A DNA stretch of 64,000 nt, taken from positions 96,001 through 160,000 of the forward strand of contig CAVXTM010000001.1 of the NCBI GenBank assembly GCA_963764725.1. The letters run 5' to 3'. The notes beneath the pieces are model-generated. The model was not told the DNA's origin. It did not search any database and was given only the letters and a program-made list of their open reading frames with translations. Position numbers and translations under genes: made by a program. Position 1 is the stretch's first letter, and each line of letters opens with the position of its first letter. Positions 1-10,803 of the stretch are shown in pieces. Origin of the DNA: an uncultured Gammaproteobacteria bacterium (GTDB lineage: Bacteria; Pseudomonadota; Gammaproteobacteria; JACCXJ01).

Positions 1-1237
1 CCGCGGAACGCCCCATGACGCGAGCCCCTCCGAGGGTGGCAGCCGTAAGGATCTCAGCCGGGGCGAGACCGGCCTCGGCCATGAGCTCCAGTTCCCGATG
101 TAAACCCGCACCGTGCAAGGTGCCGATATTGCCCGCATCGCTGCCCGCCGCGATGGGGATCCCGCTTGCATGCAGGCGTTTTAGGTTCCAAAACATGAGC
201 TCCGGACCGGGCCAATGTTTGAGCCACTGCGACCAGCGTTTCCATGGGGGTAGAACTCCCAGATCGTCCAATGTCGCCAGCACTTCGGGATCTCCGACTC
301 GCCGCTCGAATTCGGTAAGTTCGACCTTTTCTTGCAATACTTCTCGATATCCTTCGTTGAGCGCCAGGGTGGTTACGTAAAGCACAGCGCGCTTTTTTAA
401 GAGTTGGATGAAGGGGTCATCGACGCGCCGGTCTCGAACGCTGTGCACCAGAATGTCCGCCCCCGCTTCGACCGCCGCGCGCGCCACTTCAAGCTCTGTG
501 GCATGTACCGCGACCCGCAGGCCTTGGGCGTGGCTTTCTTCGATGGCTGCCGCGACCCAGTCGATCTGCATGGAGAGCGGTAAGCCCCAAGCGGGGATAA
601 ACCATATCTTAATAAGATCGGGCCGCCGATGGATCTGACGCCGTACGGCAGCGCGTGCCTCCTCCGGCGATTTGACCTGGGCGATCGGTGGGTCGCCGGT
701 CTTCAGCGCTGCGGGCAGGGTCGTCGAAATCAGCGGCCCGGCTACCGCGACCCGCGGAGCCTGCAGACGCCGGCGCGCTAGCTCTCGCACCTCAAAGGTC
801 CAATTCGGTCCGCCCATGTCCACTACCGAGGTCACGCCGCTTGCGAGGTAGTGCGCCAAGGTGGCGGGAAGCCGCTCGCGGATCCCAGCGATCTCCTCTT
901 CATACGGCCGGACCGCGCGGAGATCGATCACATCGGGTCGCGTGTAGAGACCTCCCGACTGGAAGAAATGAACATGAGCGTCGATCAATCCGGGCACAAT
1001 CCATTTCCCTCTGACATCGAAGACTCTTGCGTTTTTCGGTATTGCGAGCTCTGACTTGTTCCCGACCGCGCTGATATGTTCGTTTTCGATCAACACTGTG
1101 GCATCGGGGCGAGAACCTCGGCCGGTCCCATCGATGAGGGTCGCTCCTACGAACGCCTGGTAGTGGTGCAGGGAGTCGGCCTGCGCGAGCTCGAGCGACA
1201 CCAAGCACAGCGCCCCGCATAGAAGGATCGTGTTCGT
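1..1237 (-). CDS. Amidohydrolase family protein (secreted), runs off left edge; start codon uncertain
   Basis: Manual translation gives GATLIDGTG...DVRGKWIVPGLIDAHVHF...GVTSVVDMGG...IKIW...VAVHATE...ILVHSV...AAGSDAGN, the metal-dependent amidohydrolase motifs. Absent from the ORF track because it has no stop in the window. Confidence 0.85.
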
Positions 1238-1261
1238 TGTGGCCTTCTCCTTTAGTCCGTC

Positions 1262-1987
1262 CTACGTATCTAGCTCCGGATAGTGCCGAAAGATGTCGTC
1301 TTCGTTGAACGGGATACGCCGGTCGGACGCCAGATAGGCGGTGATGTTCGGGCGCGCCGCAACCTTATCGTGCAGCGCCACCAAGCCGGGATGTTTCGGT
1401 TCCAATCTCTTCATCGTCTTTGGGAAGGCGTAACGTAGGCCGGCGATGAGCTGGAACATTGACAGATCGACGTAGGACAAGTTGCGACCGAGCATATACC
1501 CTCTGCCCTTCGGATTGCCGGCGAGCACCTGCTCGAAATAATGAAGGAACTTGGGAGCGCGTTCCGCCGTGAAATATCCGGCGCGACGCCGCGCCTCGCG
1601 CTTCTGCTGGTGATAATACAGGCAGCCTGCGATAGGATGATGCACGTCATGGATCTCCGCAACAAAGTCGGCGATCGTCAACTGCAGTTGATGCGCCCAC
1701 AGCCGGCCCGCCTCGGCCTTCGGAACCAGACCGAGCCGCGGCCCCAGATACAGCAGGATGTTGGCGGTCTGGGCAATCACCCGATCGCCGGCCTTTAGAA
1801 ACGGTGGCGCGAACGGCAGAGAGCCAGTCTCAATGCCCTCAAGAAAGTGCATCATCGCCGGGAGACCCTTGCCGCGCCCCGCCTGACGCGCTACATCTAC
1901 GTAGTCGGCACCGGCCTCCTCGAGCGCGAGCCGCACGTATTCGCCACGGCCTTGTATGCCGGGCCAGTAGTAGAGCTCATAGCGCAT
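1262..1987 (-). CDS. Glutathione S-transferase
   Basis: YELYYWPGIQGRGEYVRLALE, FAPPFLK, AQTANILLYL, SYVDLS motifs. Confidence 0.92.
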   Translation of the reverse strand: MRYELYYWPGIQGRGEYVRLALEEAGADYVDVARQAGRGKGLPAMMHFLEGIETGSLPFAPPFLKAGDRVIAQTANILLYLGPRLGLVPKAEAGRLWAHQLQLTIADFVAEIHDVHHPIAGCLYYHQQKREARRRAGYFTAERAPKFLHYFEQVLAGNPKGRGYMLGRNLSYVDLSMFQLIAGLRYAFPKTMKRLEPKHPGLVALHDKVAARPNITAYLASDRRIPFNEDDIFRHYPELDT

Positions 1988-2107
1988 ACCAAGGTCCTCC
2001 TGCATCAAGCATTGGTAGCGGTTCCAAGCTCACTATCTCAGCACGGCTGCGGGACTTTCGCTGGGCTGCTTTCCGCGCTCGGGAAAGCCGGCACGCGGCA
2101 CTCACCG

Positions 2108-3775
2108 CTACCCTACCTGGGGTCGCGCGCGCTCGATGATCGCCTCGCAATCGGTCCCTCCCGGTAAAGTTCCAAAGGAGTGCCGATGATCGTCACCGAG
2201 GCGCGTGGTGCAAAAAGCCTCCGCGACCACGGCCGGGGCATGTTGCAGCAGCAACGCGCTCTGTAGCGCGAGTGCGAGTCCCTCCACTATGCGCCGAGCG
2301 CGCGTCTCCGCTTGACTCGTATCACGGATCTCGGTTTCGAGCCGGGTTACAAAACGATCGAATCGATGATGGACTCCCATTGCGGCACGAATTTCCGTGA
2401 AGACTATCGAAACTGAATCCGGATCTTTGTGCATCGCGCGCAGCACATCGAGACACTGAACATTGCCGGCACCTTCCCAGAGCGAGTTCAGCGGCACGTC
2501 GCGATAGAGGCGCGACAACGGGGACTCTTCTACATAGCCGTTGCCGCCGGTACATTCGAGCGACTCGGCGACCGCTACCAGCGCGCGTTTTGTGATCCAG
2601 TATTTGGCCACCGGCGTGGCGATCCGCGTAAACCTCGTCTCCTCTACACTGTTTGCGGATTCATCAAAACCACGCGCCAAACGCAAAACGAGCGCCGTCG
2701 ACGCCTCGGACTCTAAGCAAAGATCCGCGAGCACGTTCCGCATTAAGGGTTGATCGAGTAGGCGCCGCCCGAAAGCGTGACGGTACGCTGCGTGATGGGT
2801 GGCTTCGGCGACGGCGCGCCGCATGGTAGCCGCCGATCCGCAGGCGCAATCGAGACGGGTATGGCGAACCATGTCCATGATGGTCGCAATCCCACGGCCT
2901 TCCTCGCCAAGAAGGCGTGCCCAGGCATGGCGGAGCTCGACTTCCGCCGATGCATTGGAACGATTCCCGAGCTTATCCTTAAGCCGGGTGAGATGGAAAG
3001 AATTTCGGGTACCGTCCGGCTTCCAGCGCGGCAGGAGAAAACAGGAAAGACCGCCTTTCGCCTGCGCTAAGACCAGAAACGCGTCGGACATGGGCGCGGA
3101 GCAAAACCATTTGTGCCCGATAAGTGCGTACTCGCCGCCCGGGCCGGCAGCGCCAAGCGGGTGTGCGCGGGTGGTGTTGGCCCGTAGATCGCTACCGCCT
3201 TGGCGCTCGGTCATCGCCATTCCAAAGAGGGCGCTGCGCTTCTGCGGTGCCGGTATACTGCGCGGGTCATAGTCGGTAGACAAAACCCGAGGCTCCCACT
3301 CCGCCGCCAGCTCAGGCTGTACGCGTAATGCTGGAATCACGGCAAAGGTCATCGTGATCGGGCAGCTCGATCCCTCGTCGATTTGATGGCGAAGCAGGTT
3401 GAGCGCGCTGCGGGCCACGTGCGCACCGGGAGGGGCGCTGGTCCACGCGAGCGAGTGGTTGGCGTGGGCGATGCCGATACGCACCAATTCGTGCCAGGCG
3501 GGATGAAACTCTACTTCGTCGATGCGATGTCCGAATCGGTCATGGGTGCGAAGCAGCGGCGGATAGCGGTTGGCAAGCTCACCGAGCTGGATCGTCTCGG
3601 CTGCACCGAGGAGTGCACCGTATTCATGGGCTTGCGCCTCTATCCATCCGCCGCCTTCCCGATGCAGCGCCTCGCGCAGCGGTAGGTCGTATTCAAAAAG
3701 GTTATAGTTCGCAAGCGCTGGCGGCTGATTGAATACTTCATCGGGTTCGTGAGCCGAATAATCATCAGGATCCAT
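2108..3775 (-). CDS. aidB: AidB-like acyl-CoA dehydrogenase
   Basis: VFNQPPAL, CPITMT, GMAMTERQGGSD, GHKWFCSAP, LKDKLGNRSNAS, GGNGYVEE, SLWEGAGN. Confidence 0.85.
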   Translation of the reverse strand: MDPDDYSAHEPDEVFNQPPALANYNLFEYDLPLREALHREGGGWIEAQAHEYGALLGAAETIQLGELANRYPPLLRTHDRFGHRIDEVEFHPAWHELVRIGIAHANHSLAWTSAPPGAHVARSALNLLRHQIDEGSSCPITMTFAVIPALRVQPELAAEWEPRVLSTDYDPRSIPAPQKRSALFGMAMTERQGGSDLRANTTRAHPLGAAGPGGEYALIGHKWFCSAPMSDAFLVLAQAKGGLSCFLLPRWKPDGTRNSFHLTRLKDKLGNRSNASAEVELRHAWARLLGEEGRGIATIMDMVRHTRLDCACGSAATMRRAVAEATHHAAYRHAFGRRLLDQPLMRNVLADLCLESEASTALVLRLARGFDESANSVEETRFTRIATPVAKYWITKRALVAVAESLECTGGNGYVEESPLSRLYRDVPLNSLWEGAGNVQCLDVLRAMHKDPDSVSIVFTEIRAAMGVHHRFDRFVTRLETEIRDTSQAETRARRIVEGLALALQSALLLQHAPAVVAEAFCTTRLGDDHRHSFGTLPGGTDCEAIIERARPQVG

Positions 3776-3870
3776 AGCAGTATCCCCACTGCAAAGGCAT
3801 TTACCTTAGGTCAGTCACGTAAGGTGAGATCAGGAGTCCTGTCGCGGGGCGTCACAGCGACCTCAGCAAG

Positions 3871-4014
3871 TCACTGGAAATGTTGCCGCCGCTGGAGGTT
3901 TTCGCACTTGAAATAGACGTTCGCCGGCCCGAATTTCGCCGGTAAGAGCGGCGTATGGATCGCCACCGTGTGGATCCGCTCGCGGGCCTGCTGGATGTCG
4001 GCAAGCGTAATCAT
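3871..4014 (-). pseudogene. N-terminal stub of threonine/serine dehydratase
   Basis: MITLADIQQARERI...TPLL...VYFKCENLQR, then a stop before the expected GSFK PLP lysine. Confidence 0.75.
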
Positions 4015-4276
4015 CCTACGATCATAGCGCTCCCAAGCGTTCGGAGCGACGCGGTCGATCGTCTGGCGCGCGCTGGTCACGGGTTGCACGCCCATGCCGC
4101 GGACATAGAAAGGTAAGCGCCTACGACCACCCCGGAACAAAATGACCACTGCAGTTCTCATCTTCGCTCGGCTAGCATCCCACTGGACATCGGCTCCGCA
4201 GAAGTACCATTATAGAGACTAATGAATAGCGATGGATTTTCAGGAGACAGATCGAACACCTGTCCTGTAAGGGCGA

Positions 4277-5044
4277 ATGAGAGCTACCGTCTCACACCCG
4301 ATGCAGCACCGTAGGGGTTCTCAAATCGCTTGGCTCGCCGGAGTTGACGGCTGTCGCGGCGGTTGGTTTGCGGTGCTGCAGGGTAGGGGCCAAGCCTCGC
4401 CCCGTGTCGTTGAGGTGCGCTTCGCCCTGTGCCGGGGCTTTTCGGAGGTGATGAATTTACCGGAAAACCCCGCGCCGATCGCGGTGGATATTCCCATCGG
4501 CTTGCTCGAGCAAGCCGAGCCGGGCGGACGCTCTTGCGATCGCGCAGCGCGCGCCTTGCTGGGCCAGGAGCGCGCGAGCAGCATATTCACCCCGCCCACG
4601 CGGGCGGCGCTTCAAGCCCAGTCCTATCGCGAGGCGATGCGCTTGAATGGCGCGGGAATGAGCAAGCAAACGTTCAACCTCATGGGCAAGATCCGGGAAG
4701 TGGACGCGCTCATCGAGCCAGCATTGCAGCAGCGTATCTTCGAGGCGCACCCGGAGCTTGCTTTCCTCACCCTTGCCGGGCGCCCCCTGCGTCACAACAA
4801 GAAAACCCCGGCCGGGGGGCGGGAACGCGAAGCGCTACTCGGTCCTCGCTTCGGCGCTGCTTTTATCAAACCGAGCGAAGTCCGGGACTGCTTTCCTCGC
4901 TCGCAGGTGGGCGCGGACGATGTGCTCGATGCTTATGCGCTGGCGCTTACCGCTCGCCGCATTCATGCGGGCAGCGCAGTGAGGCTCCCGGAACCGGAGC
5001 CCGAGCGCGACTTCAGGGGATTGCGCATGGAAATCTGGTACTGA
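4277..5044 (+). CDS. DUF429 family protein (RNase H-like fold)
   Basis: GVDGCRGGW, AVDIPIGL, CDRAAR, FEAHPELAF, DDVLDA, GLRMEIWY. Confidence 0.85.
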   Translation: MRATVSHPMQHRRGSQIAWLAGVDGCRGGWFAVLQGRGQASPRVVEVRFALCRGFSEVMNLPENPAPIAVDIPIGLLEQAEPGGRSCDRAARALLGQERASSIFTPPTRAALQAQSYREAMRLNGAGMSKQTFNLMGKIREVDALIEPALQQRIFEAHPELAFLTLAGRPLRHNKKTPAGGREREALLGPRFGAAFIKPSEVRDCFPRSQVGADDVLDAYALALTARRIHAGSAVRLPEPEPERDFRGLRMEIWY

Positions 5045-5240
5045 AATTGATGGAGGGAGAGAGGATCAGCGTCGCCTGCCGCGGGTTTGCAGGTTTCGGT
5101 CGCAATGGACACAAGCGCCCTGTAGCGCCCATCGAGGCAACCAGACGGATGGCTCACTCTGAAGTCTGCTTCTTGATCCACCCGCTATTTTAGCGCTCCA
5201 TGTTGCTGTAGGGAGGGACGCTGGCAGTACCGAGTCCGGC

Positions 5241-5702
5241 CTAGAGCATATGCGGCTGAAGCATATTGGTTATGACCCAAACACCGGCATCCTCTCGCTC
5301 CAGTACGACCACTGTGCCGGGGACAAAGACCACAAGCGCCGGCTCGTCGTTTCCTGTGACTAAATAAGAGACCAGTTTAGCGAGGAACGGCAGGTGCCCG
5401 ACAATGGCTAAGTCCTCGGATCGGCTTTTGAGTCGGGTCGAAAAATCCGAAGGCGAATCGAGCGGGTCAAGCCCCGCTGCCTGCTCGATCTTTCGTTCCC
5501 GTGCTATGGTCTGCGCTAGGATCTCGGCCGTCTCCCGGGCGCGGGCCTTACCGCTATGAATGATGCGAGACACGCTTACCCTGTGGCGCGACAGAAAACT
5601 CGCAAGCCGCTCTATGCTCTGGCGCCCTGCGGCGGTGAGAGGCCGATCCGGGTCGATGTCCTTGGACACCGCCTCCCCGTGTTGAACTAAATACAATCGC
5701 AT
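5241..5702 (-). CDS. sixA: Phosphohistidine phosphatase SixA
   Basis: LYLVQHGEA...DRPLT...HSGKARARETA...VGHLP. Confidence 0.88.
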   Translation of the reverse strand: MRLYLVQHGEAVSKDIDPDRPLTAAGRQSIERLASFLSRHRVSVSRIIHSGKARARETAEILAQTIARERKIEQAAGLDPLDSPSDFSTRLKSRSEDLAIVGHLPFLAKLVSYLVTGNDEPALVVFVPGTVVVLEREDAGVWVITNMLQPHML

Positions 5703-6211
5703 TACGCCCATTCCCGATCCTCGGCTGCGCACCAGCGCTTTGCACAAGCTAAGCCCTCACGATGAACAAAGTGTAGCTATTGGAACGCCTGCCTTACAAA
5801 TGTCATTTCAACGTCGAGCAGTCAGAATGCGAGATAAGCTCCTACTGAGGGGTGTCATGATGTCCTGCCGCCGGATTATAGGGTCGTGGGGGCTTCTGCT
5901 GCCAGAGCTTCTCGGTCGCTCATGTAAGCATGCGAAGTTCGATTGGTTTAAAATCTAGCCTCGGTTCCGACGCCGCGAAACGACTATCATCGGCGAAGGC
6001 TCCGCCCCGGCAATGCCAGGCAACAGGCGGCACCTTCGATCCGGCCTATTAAACTACACCCTGGGCAATGACTCCGTTCTTTCGGATCTGCGGCGATTTG
6101 GCGGTCGGTTCTGGTTGAAGGTGACGTTCAGATCGGGCAGGCGTGCTAAAGTGTAATGTCCATCCGCTGGTTGGATTTGCGCTCGTCTTACTGTACCTCG
6201 CGGGCAACCCA

Positions 6212-7162
6212 ATGAGCGATCCTCGCTTCCGCGCGCCGGACGTCATCCAGGCAACGGAATTGGCGGCGCTTGCCGAGCGATTAGAGGCCCACGTGCGCAG
6301 GCTGGCAGGGGAGATCGGGGAGCGCAATGTGTTCCGCTCGCAGGCGCTCCGGGCCGCGGCGGATTATCTCCGCGCGCAATGGGCGTCGCTCGGCTATCAG
6401 GTCGCGTCCCAGAGCTACGAAGCCCACGGTGTGCGCAGCGAGAACCTCGAAGTTACACTACCCGGCGTGCACAAGCCGAGCGAGATCATTCTCATCGGGG
6501 CACACTACGATTCGGTGAAAGGTAGCCCCGGAGCCAACGACAATGCCAGCGGCGTGGCAGCCCTATTGGAGCTCAGCGGCGCACTGGCTCAAGCAAAGCC
6601 GGCGCGAACGCTGCGCTTCGTCGCCTTCGTCAATGAGGAACCGCCGTTCTTCTACTGGGGCGAGATGGGCAGCAAGGTATACGCCGAGGGGGCTCGCGCC
6701 CGAGGCGACGACATACGGCTGATGATCTCCCTCGAGATGCTGGGTTACTACAGCGACGAGCAGGGCAGTCAGCGCTACCCGCCGTTGTTTGGATTCTTTT
6801 ACCCAGACCGAGCGAACTTCGTCGGCTTTGTGTCGAACTTCGACTCGCGCAGCCAACTGAAAGAGCTGGTGGCCGCCTTCCGTGCCTGCTCTGATTTTCC
6901 GGCGGAGTCGCTCGCCACCTTCGAGTTCGTGCCGGGCGTCGGCTGGAGCGACCATCGCTCCTTCTGGCGTGAAGGCTATCCGGCGGTGATGGTCACCGAT
7001 ACCGCTTTCTATCGCTATTCCCACTACCACAGTCCAACGGATACGCCCGAGAAGCTCAACTACCCCGCCATGGCACAGGTGGTGGCGGGGCTGCAGGCAG
7101 CGCTTGGCGTCTTAGCGCGGCAGTTAACAGGCGCAGGACGCGCCGGGTGCCCCACGAGGTGA
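6212..7162 (+). CDS. M28 family peptidase
   Basis: IGAHYDS, GANDNASG, FVNEEPP, SDHRSF, HYHSPTD. Confidence 0.9.
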   Translation: MSDPRFRAPDVIQATELAALAERLEAHVRRLAGEIGERNVFRSQALRAAADYLRAQWASLGYQVASQSYEAHGVRSENLEVTLPGVHKPSEIILIGAHYDSVKGSPGANDNASGVAALLELSGALAQAKPARTLRFVAFVNEEPPFFYWGEMGSKVYAEGARARGDDIRLMISLEMLGYYSDEQGSQRYPPLFGFFYPDRANFVGFVSNFDSRSQLKELVAAFRACSDFPAESLATFEFVPGVGWSDHRSFWREGYPAVMVTDTAFYRYSHYHSPTDTPEKLNYPAMAQVVAGLQAALGVLARQLTGAGRAGCPTR

Positions 7163-7482
7163 GAGAACGACAACGCTGCCCCGTTCCCGCGTTGCCTTTT
7201 TGCCATATTGAACTGAAGGCACAAAACAAGATCTTACGATCCTCTTACCCTCGGCGAGTTGACCCTGGCTCACTGTCTATGGGAGCGGGCGGGCGACAGC
7301 CGAGGAAGGAATACCGCGAAATCATTGCGAGGTTTCTTGGGATTCCTTGATGACGCGTCGCGGCAACCCGCCTCTAATTTCGGCTGGAAACAACCGCCAG
7401 CGCGAATGTCCGTCAACCCAGATAATAAGAGCCCGGCACAAGGCCCGGGCTCTTGGAACCATAAATGAGCAATCTTAACGAA

Positions 7483-7737
7483 TCACGAAACTTCTTCAGT
7501 TGCTCTCTTTGATTCTAACGGAATTGCGCCACCTTCGGTGCCGGCGGTAGACTCAATTTCAGTGGCCTCATCGGCCGTAGCCGCAGCCTCATCTCCGGCA
7601 ACAACACCGCCCTGATCGGCCCGAAGGTATTGAGCGCCCCCTTCGGGCTTAACATCGTCTTCTTTTCTCGCCCAGTGAAGCGCGTAAAGACCGATGCACG
7701 CTACTAGTACCGGAATAAGCATACCAAGCTCGTCCAT
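7483..7737 (-). CDS. Small hypothetical protein with N-terminal TM helix and acidic tail
   Basis: 84-aa ORF preceded by strong RBS AGGAGG; one hydrophobic segment. Confidence 0.6.
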   Translation of the reverse strand: MDELGMLIPVLVACIGLYALHWARKEDDVKPEGGAQYLRADQGGVVAGDEAAATADEATEIESTAGTEGGAIPLESKRATEEVS

Positions 7738-8092
7738 AAATTCCTCCTGTATTCCCTTCTATTATTCGTCACATGCGACCCTGCTTCCCATAGCTCTCAT
7801 CACCAAAAGGAGCAAAATTATTATAGCGTAGCGCGTGTCCCTGATCTATTGCCAAAAGCGCAGGCAATGCGGCAGAAATCCCTGACGAGCGGAAGGCCCT
7901 GACAGGATTGATTGAGGTTTGCCAACCCCAATATTCCGGCAAGTGAGGAAGCCGCTCGTGGGGTCGCGTGGTCCCCGGGCGCGAAGAAAATGCGTTGCAC
8001 CATGGATGAATCGCGGGTGTAGGTTTCTCCGTTCAGCCCCCGTTGAGAAAGAGGGGTATAATCGTGATGAAGTGTCTTTGAGGGATACCGCC

Positions 8093-8815
8093 ATGAGTGG
8101 GCTATTGGACGGGAAAATCGCTCTCGTGACCGGCGTTAGCAACGACGGGCAGATCGGACAGAGTGTCGCACGGGTCTTCGCTCACAACGGTGCTGGCTTA
8201 GGGATCGCTGCACGGTCACAGCAAAACGTTGAAGCGCGTGCAAAAGAGCTTGAATCAGAAGGCGCTAGGGTGCTCGCACTTCGGGTCGATCTCACCGATG
8301 AAACCCAAGTCGGCCAGGCTGTAGAGCGCATGATCGCTCACTATGGCCGGATTCACATATTGGTCAACCTCGCGGGCGGTTTGACCCGGTACAAGTCTAC
8401 GATCGACCACACCCTCGATGACTGGAACGCTGAAATCAAAAACAATCTTCTCACCGCATTTCTTTGCTCTCGCGCGGTGTTTCCCCACATGCGGGAAAGT
8501 GGCGGCGGGTGCATCGTTAACTTCTCGCGTGCGGGGCGTCCCCAAGCCAACATGGTCGCCTACAATTGTGCGAAGGCCGCGATCGAAGCGCTCACGCAGA
8601 CGCTGGCTCTGGAAGGACGGGATGCGAAGATTCGGGTGAACGCCGTCGCACCGGGCTTAGTGGATACCGCCTCCAACCTTGCAGCCATGAAGCCAAAAGA
8701 CCTTACCAAGTGGGCCAAGCGGGATGATATCGCGCAGGCGGTGCTCTTCTTGGCCTCCGATGCTGCGAACGGTGTCACAGGACATACGCTTACGGTGGCC
8801 GGCTGGGGAATTTAG
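8093..8815 (+). CDS. SDR family oxidoreductase
   Basis: GKIALVTG...GQIG, LVNLAGG, YNCAK (YxxxK), VNAVAPG. Confidence 0.9.
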   Translation: MSGLLDGKIALVTGVSNDGQIGQSVARVFAHNGAGLGIAARSQQNVEARAKELESEGARVLALRVDLTDETQVGQAVERMIAHYGRIHILVNLAGGLTRYKSTIDHTLDDWNAEIKNNLLTAFLCSRAVFPHMRESGGGCIVNFSRAGRPQANMVAYNCAKAAIEALTQTLALEGRDAKIRVNAVAPGLVDTASNLAAMKPKDLTKWAKRDDIAQAVLFLASDAANGVTGHTLTVAGWGI

Positions 8816-8947
8816 GTGTTCGGAGGCGAGGAAAGGGTACTGAATCCTACGACACGTACTCACATACGTGTAAGCTCGCAAAACCGTTTAAGCGACGCTG
8901 GTCTGTGGCGGCGGCGCGCGAGCAACGGATTTATTGCAACTCCTCCG

Positions 8948-9142
8948 TTAGGCGTTGAAATTGCCCCGCTTACCTGCATGCTTGCGCGTCTTGTTCATCA
9001 GGTACCCGAAACGTAAAACGACCACCAAGCTTAACGCTAGCCAACCGTATGGATAGGAGGTTACTCCGGCGAAGAAGAGCGCCACGGTGGTTGCGAGCAA
9101 CGCTCCGCTAACTAAGAATATGGGGTCGCCACGAAATTCCAT
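8948..9142 (-). CDS. Small membrane protein
   Basis: 64-aa ORF with two hydrophobic segments and a basic tail. Confidence 0.45.
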   Translation of the reverse strand: MEFRGDPIFLVSGALLATTVALFFAGVTSYPYGWLALSLVVVLRFGYLMNKTRKHAGKRGNFNA

Positions 9143-9325
9143 CTAAGCGCGTACCTGGCTAGTAAGTCGATATCAATTTGATTGGCCGCTAAGCACGCGG
9201 TCGATTTTAGCATACCTCGTGAGCAGTATCGGCAGTTCGCCTGATCGGGATTCGTCACTGATGCTAGACTATGGTCTTCATTCTCCCATCCTGAACAGTG
9301 GCCGCGCCTAGTTCAGGCTCATCTT

Positions 9326-9646
9326 GTGTGGGTGCCGCAGCGTAACCAAATCGAGCTGCACCCAGTAGATCTCGATGCCACCCTCGCGCCGGAGTATCCG
9401 GCGCGCGCGGTGTGGGCGTTTGTCGAGAGCTTGGATCTCTCGGCGCTCGACCGCGATATCAGCTCGGTGGAAGGCCGTGCGGGTCGCGCCGCGATCGACC
9501 CGCGCATACTGATCGCGCTGTGGTTGTTTGCAACGGTCGAGGGGGTGGGTAGCGCGCGGGAAATTGAGCGACTGACCGACAGCCACGACGCGTATCGGTG
9601 GATCTGCGGCGGGGTGAACGTGAACCATCACTACGGACTTCCTTAA
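9326..9646 (+). mobile_element. IS1182-family transposase N-terminal fragment (DUF772-like)
   Basis: DLDATL...ARAVWAFVESLDL...GRAAIDPRILIALWLFATVEGVGSAREIERL...AYRWICGGVNVNHH, truncated at both ends. Confidence 0.85.
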
Positions 9647-10305
9647 GGAACCAGTTTTCTGCTCCCCTTTTAATTCCGATCGCTTTTCAATCGCGGCAGC
9701 GGCACAGAGGTCGCTTTCTTGGTATGCCTCGCGAGTCCGCTGAATCTCGCGCTTGTTTAGCTCGTCTAGGCCTTCGTAGAAATCCAGATTTTCTAGGTGT
9801 ACGAGGAAATGCCAAAGCGAGATCCACGAAATCAAGCCATTCTTAAACTTTAAGAGAATGGTTGCTGCTACGCTGCGGTTCATGACTGCCCCATGTCGTG
9901 GTCGTCTCGTTTTCTGGCTAGCGCGAAGTGAACCAGTTACCCAACTACCATTGAGGTGAAAACTTACTCGCGACGAGTGCTCGTCTTTGTCGATCGACAA
10001 GTTAATGAGCGACGGTGTTCGGGAACTGAGTGTTTTCATAGTTTTCTCTTTATCGGAGCGAGTGAGAGTTTCATTTCCAGGAGTTCGAAATGATGTAACG
10101 TTTCGAATTGAATTGCGGTGAAATATTTACATTTCGTTCACATCTTATTTTTCGCCATTTCTATGGCGATGTTGAATTCGGGTCCCCCAGTCTTTTGTTT
10201 CCGGTAGCGAGTGGAAACCCAGGCGCAGATTGTTGCCCCCGCCGCTTTAAAAGCGCCTGTCGGAGGAGCACACTTGCGGCAAGCATCGAGATGGTGGGCA
10301 GATCA

Positions 10306-10709
10306 ATGAACGCCATTCCTAAAGCAGTCGAAGAGAAAGAACCTGTCGGCATCTGGATTAAATTTAGACGCAGTAGGAAGATCGCAGAGGTAGACCCCCA
10401 CGCTTAAAGGTTAAAATATTGGGTTGGTCGAGAAGAGCTTTAGCGATATGGCGAGAATTGCTTGAACTCTCGGACATTTTCCGTGAGTATGGAGCCGACG
10501 TCATATCGCTCCAAGAAGCCATAGATACGACTTCCCCAGCTGGCCGCCTCTTCTACACCGTGATCGCTGCCATGGCACAGTGGGAGAGGGAGGAGATAGC
10601 AGAGCGGGTTGCCGCCTCCGTCTCCATACACGCCAAGCTGGGGAAACCCCTCGGCGGGGCCGCGCCCTTCGGGTACCAGTGGAGGGATAAGAAGCTTTTG
10701 CCCACGTGA
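10306..10709 (+). pseudogene. Large serine recombinase remnant
   Basis: VGIWI start motif, then [36 protein letters not shown]...LGGAAPFGY; internal deletion/frameshift and early stop. Confidence 0.8.
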
Positions 10710-10803
10710 TCAGTCATCGGAGCGCAGCGACGGTGTTGGTTTTTTTTCGACGCTCGATATAAATCGCGATTTCAGCCGACACTTTTTCCCTACCAGGGTT
10801 AAA

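Noticed and set aside
9308-10039. 243-aa ORF as a single real gene
   Set aside because: Its last ~110 codons are the antisense of the IS1182 fragment; at best a truncated chimera
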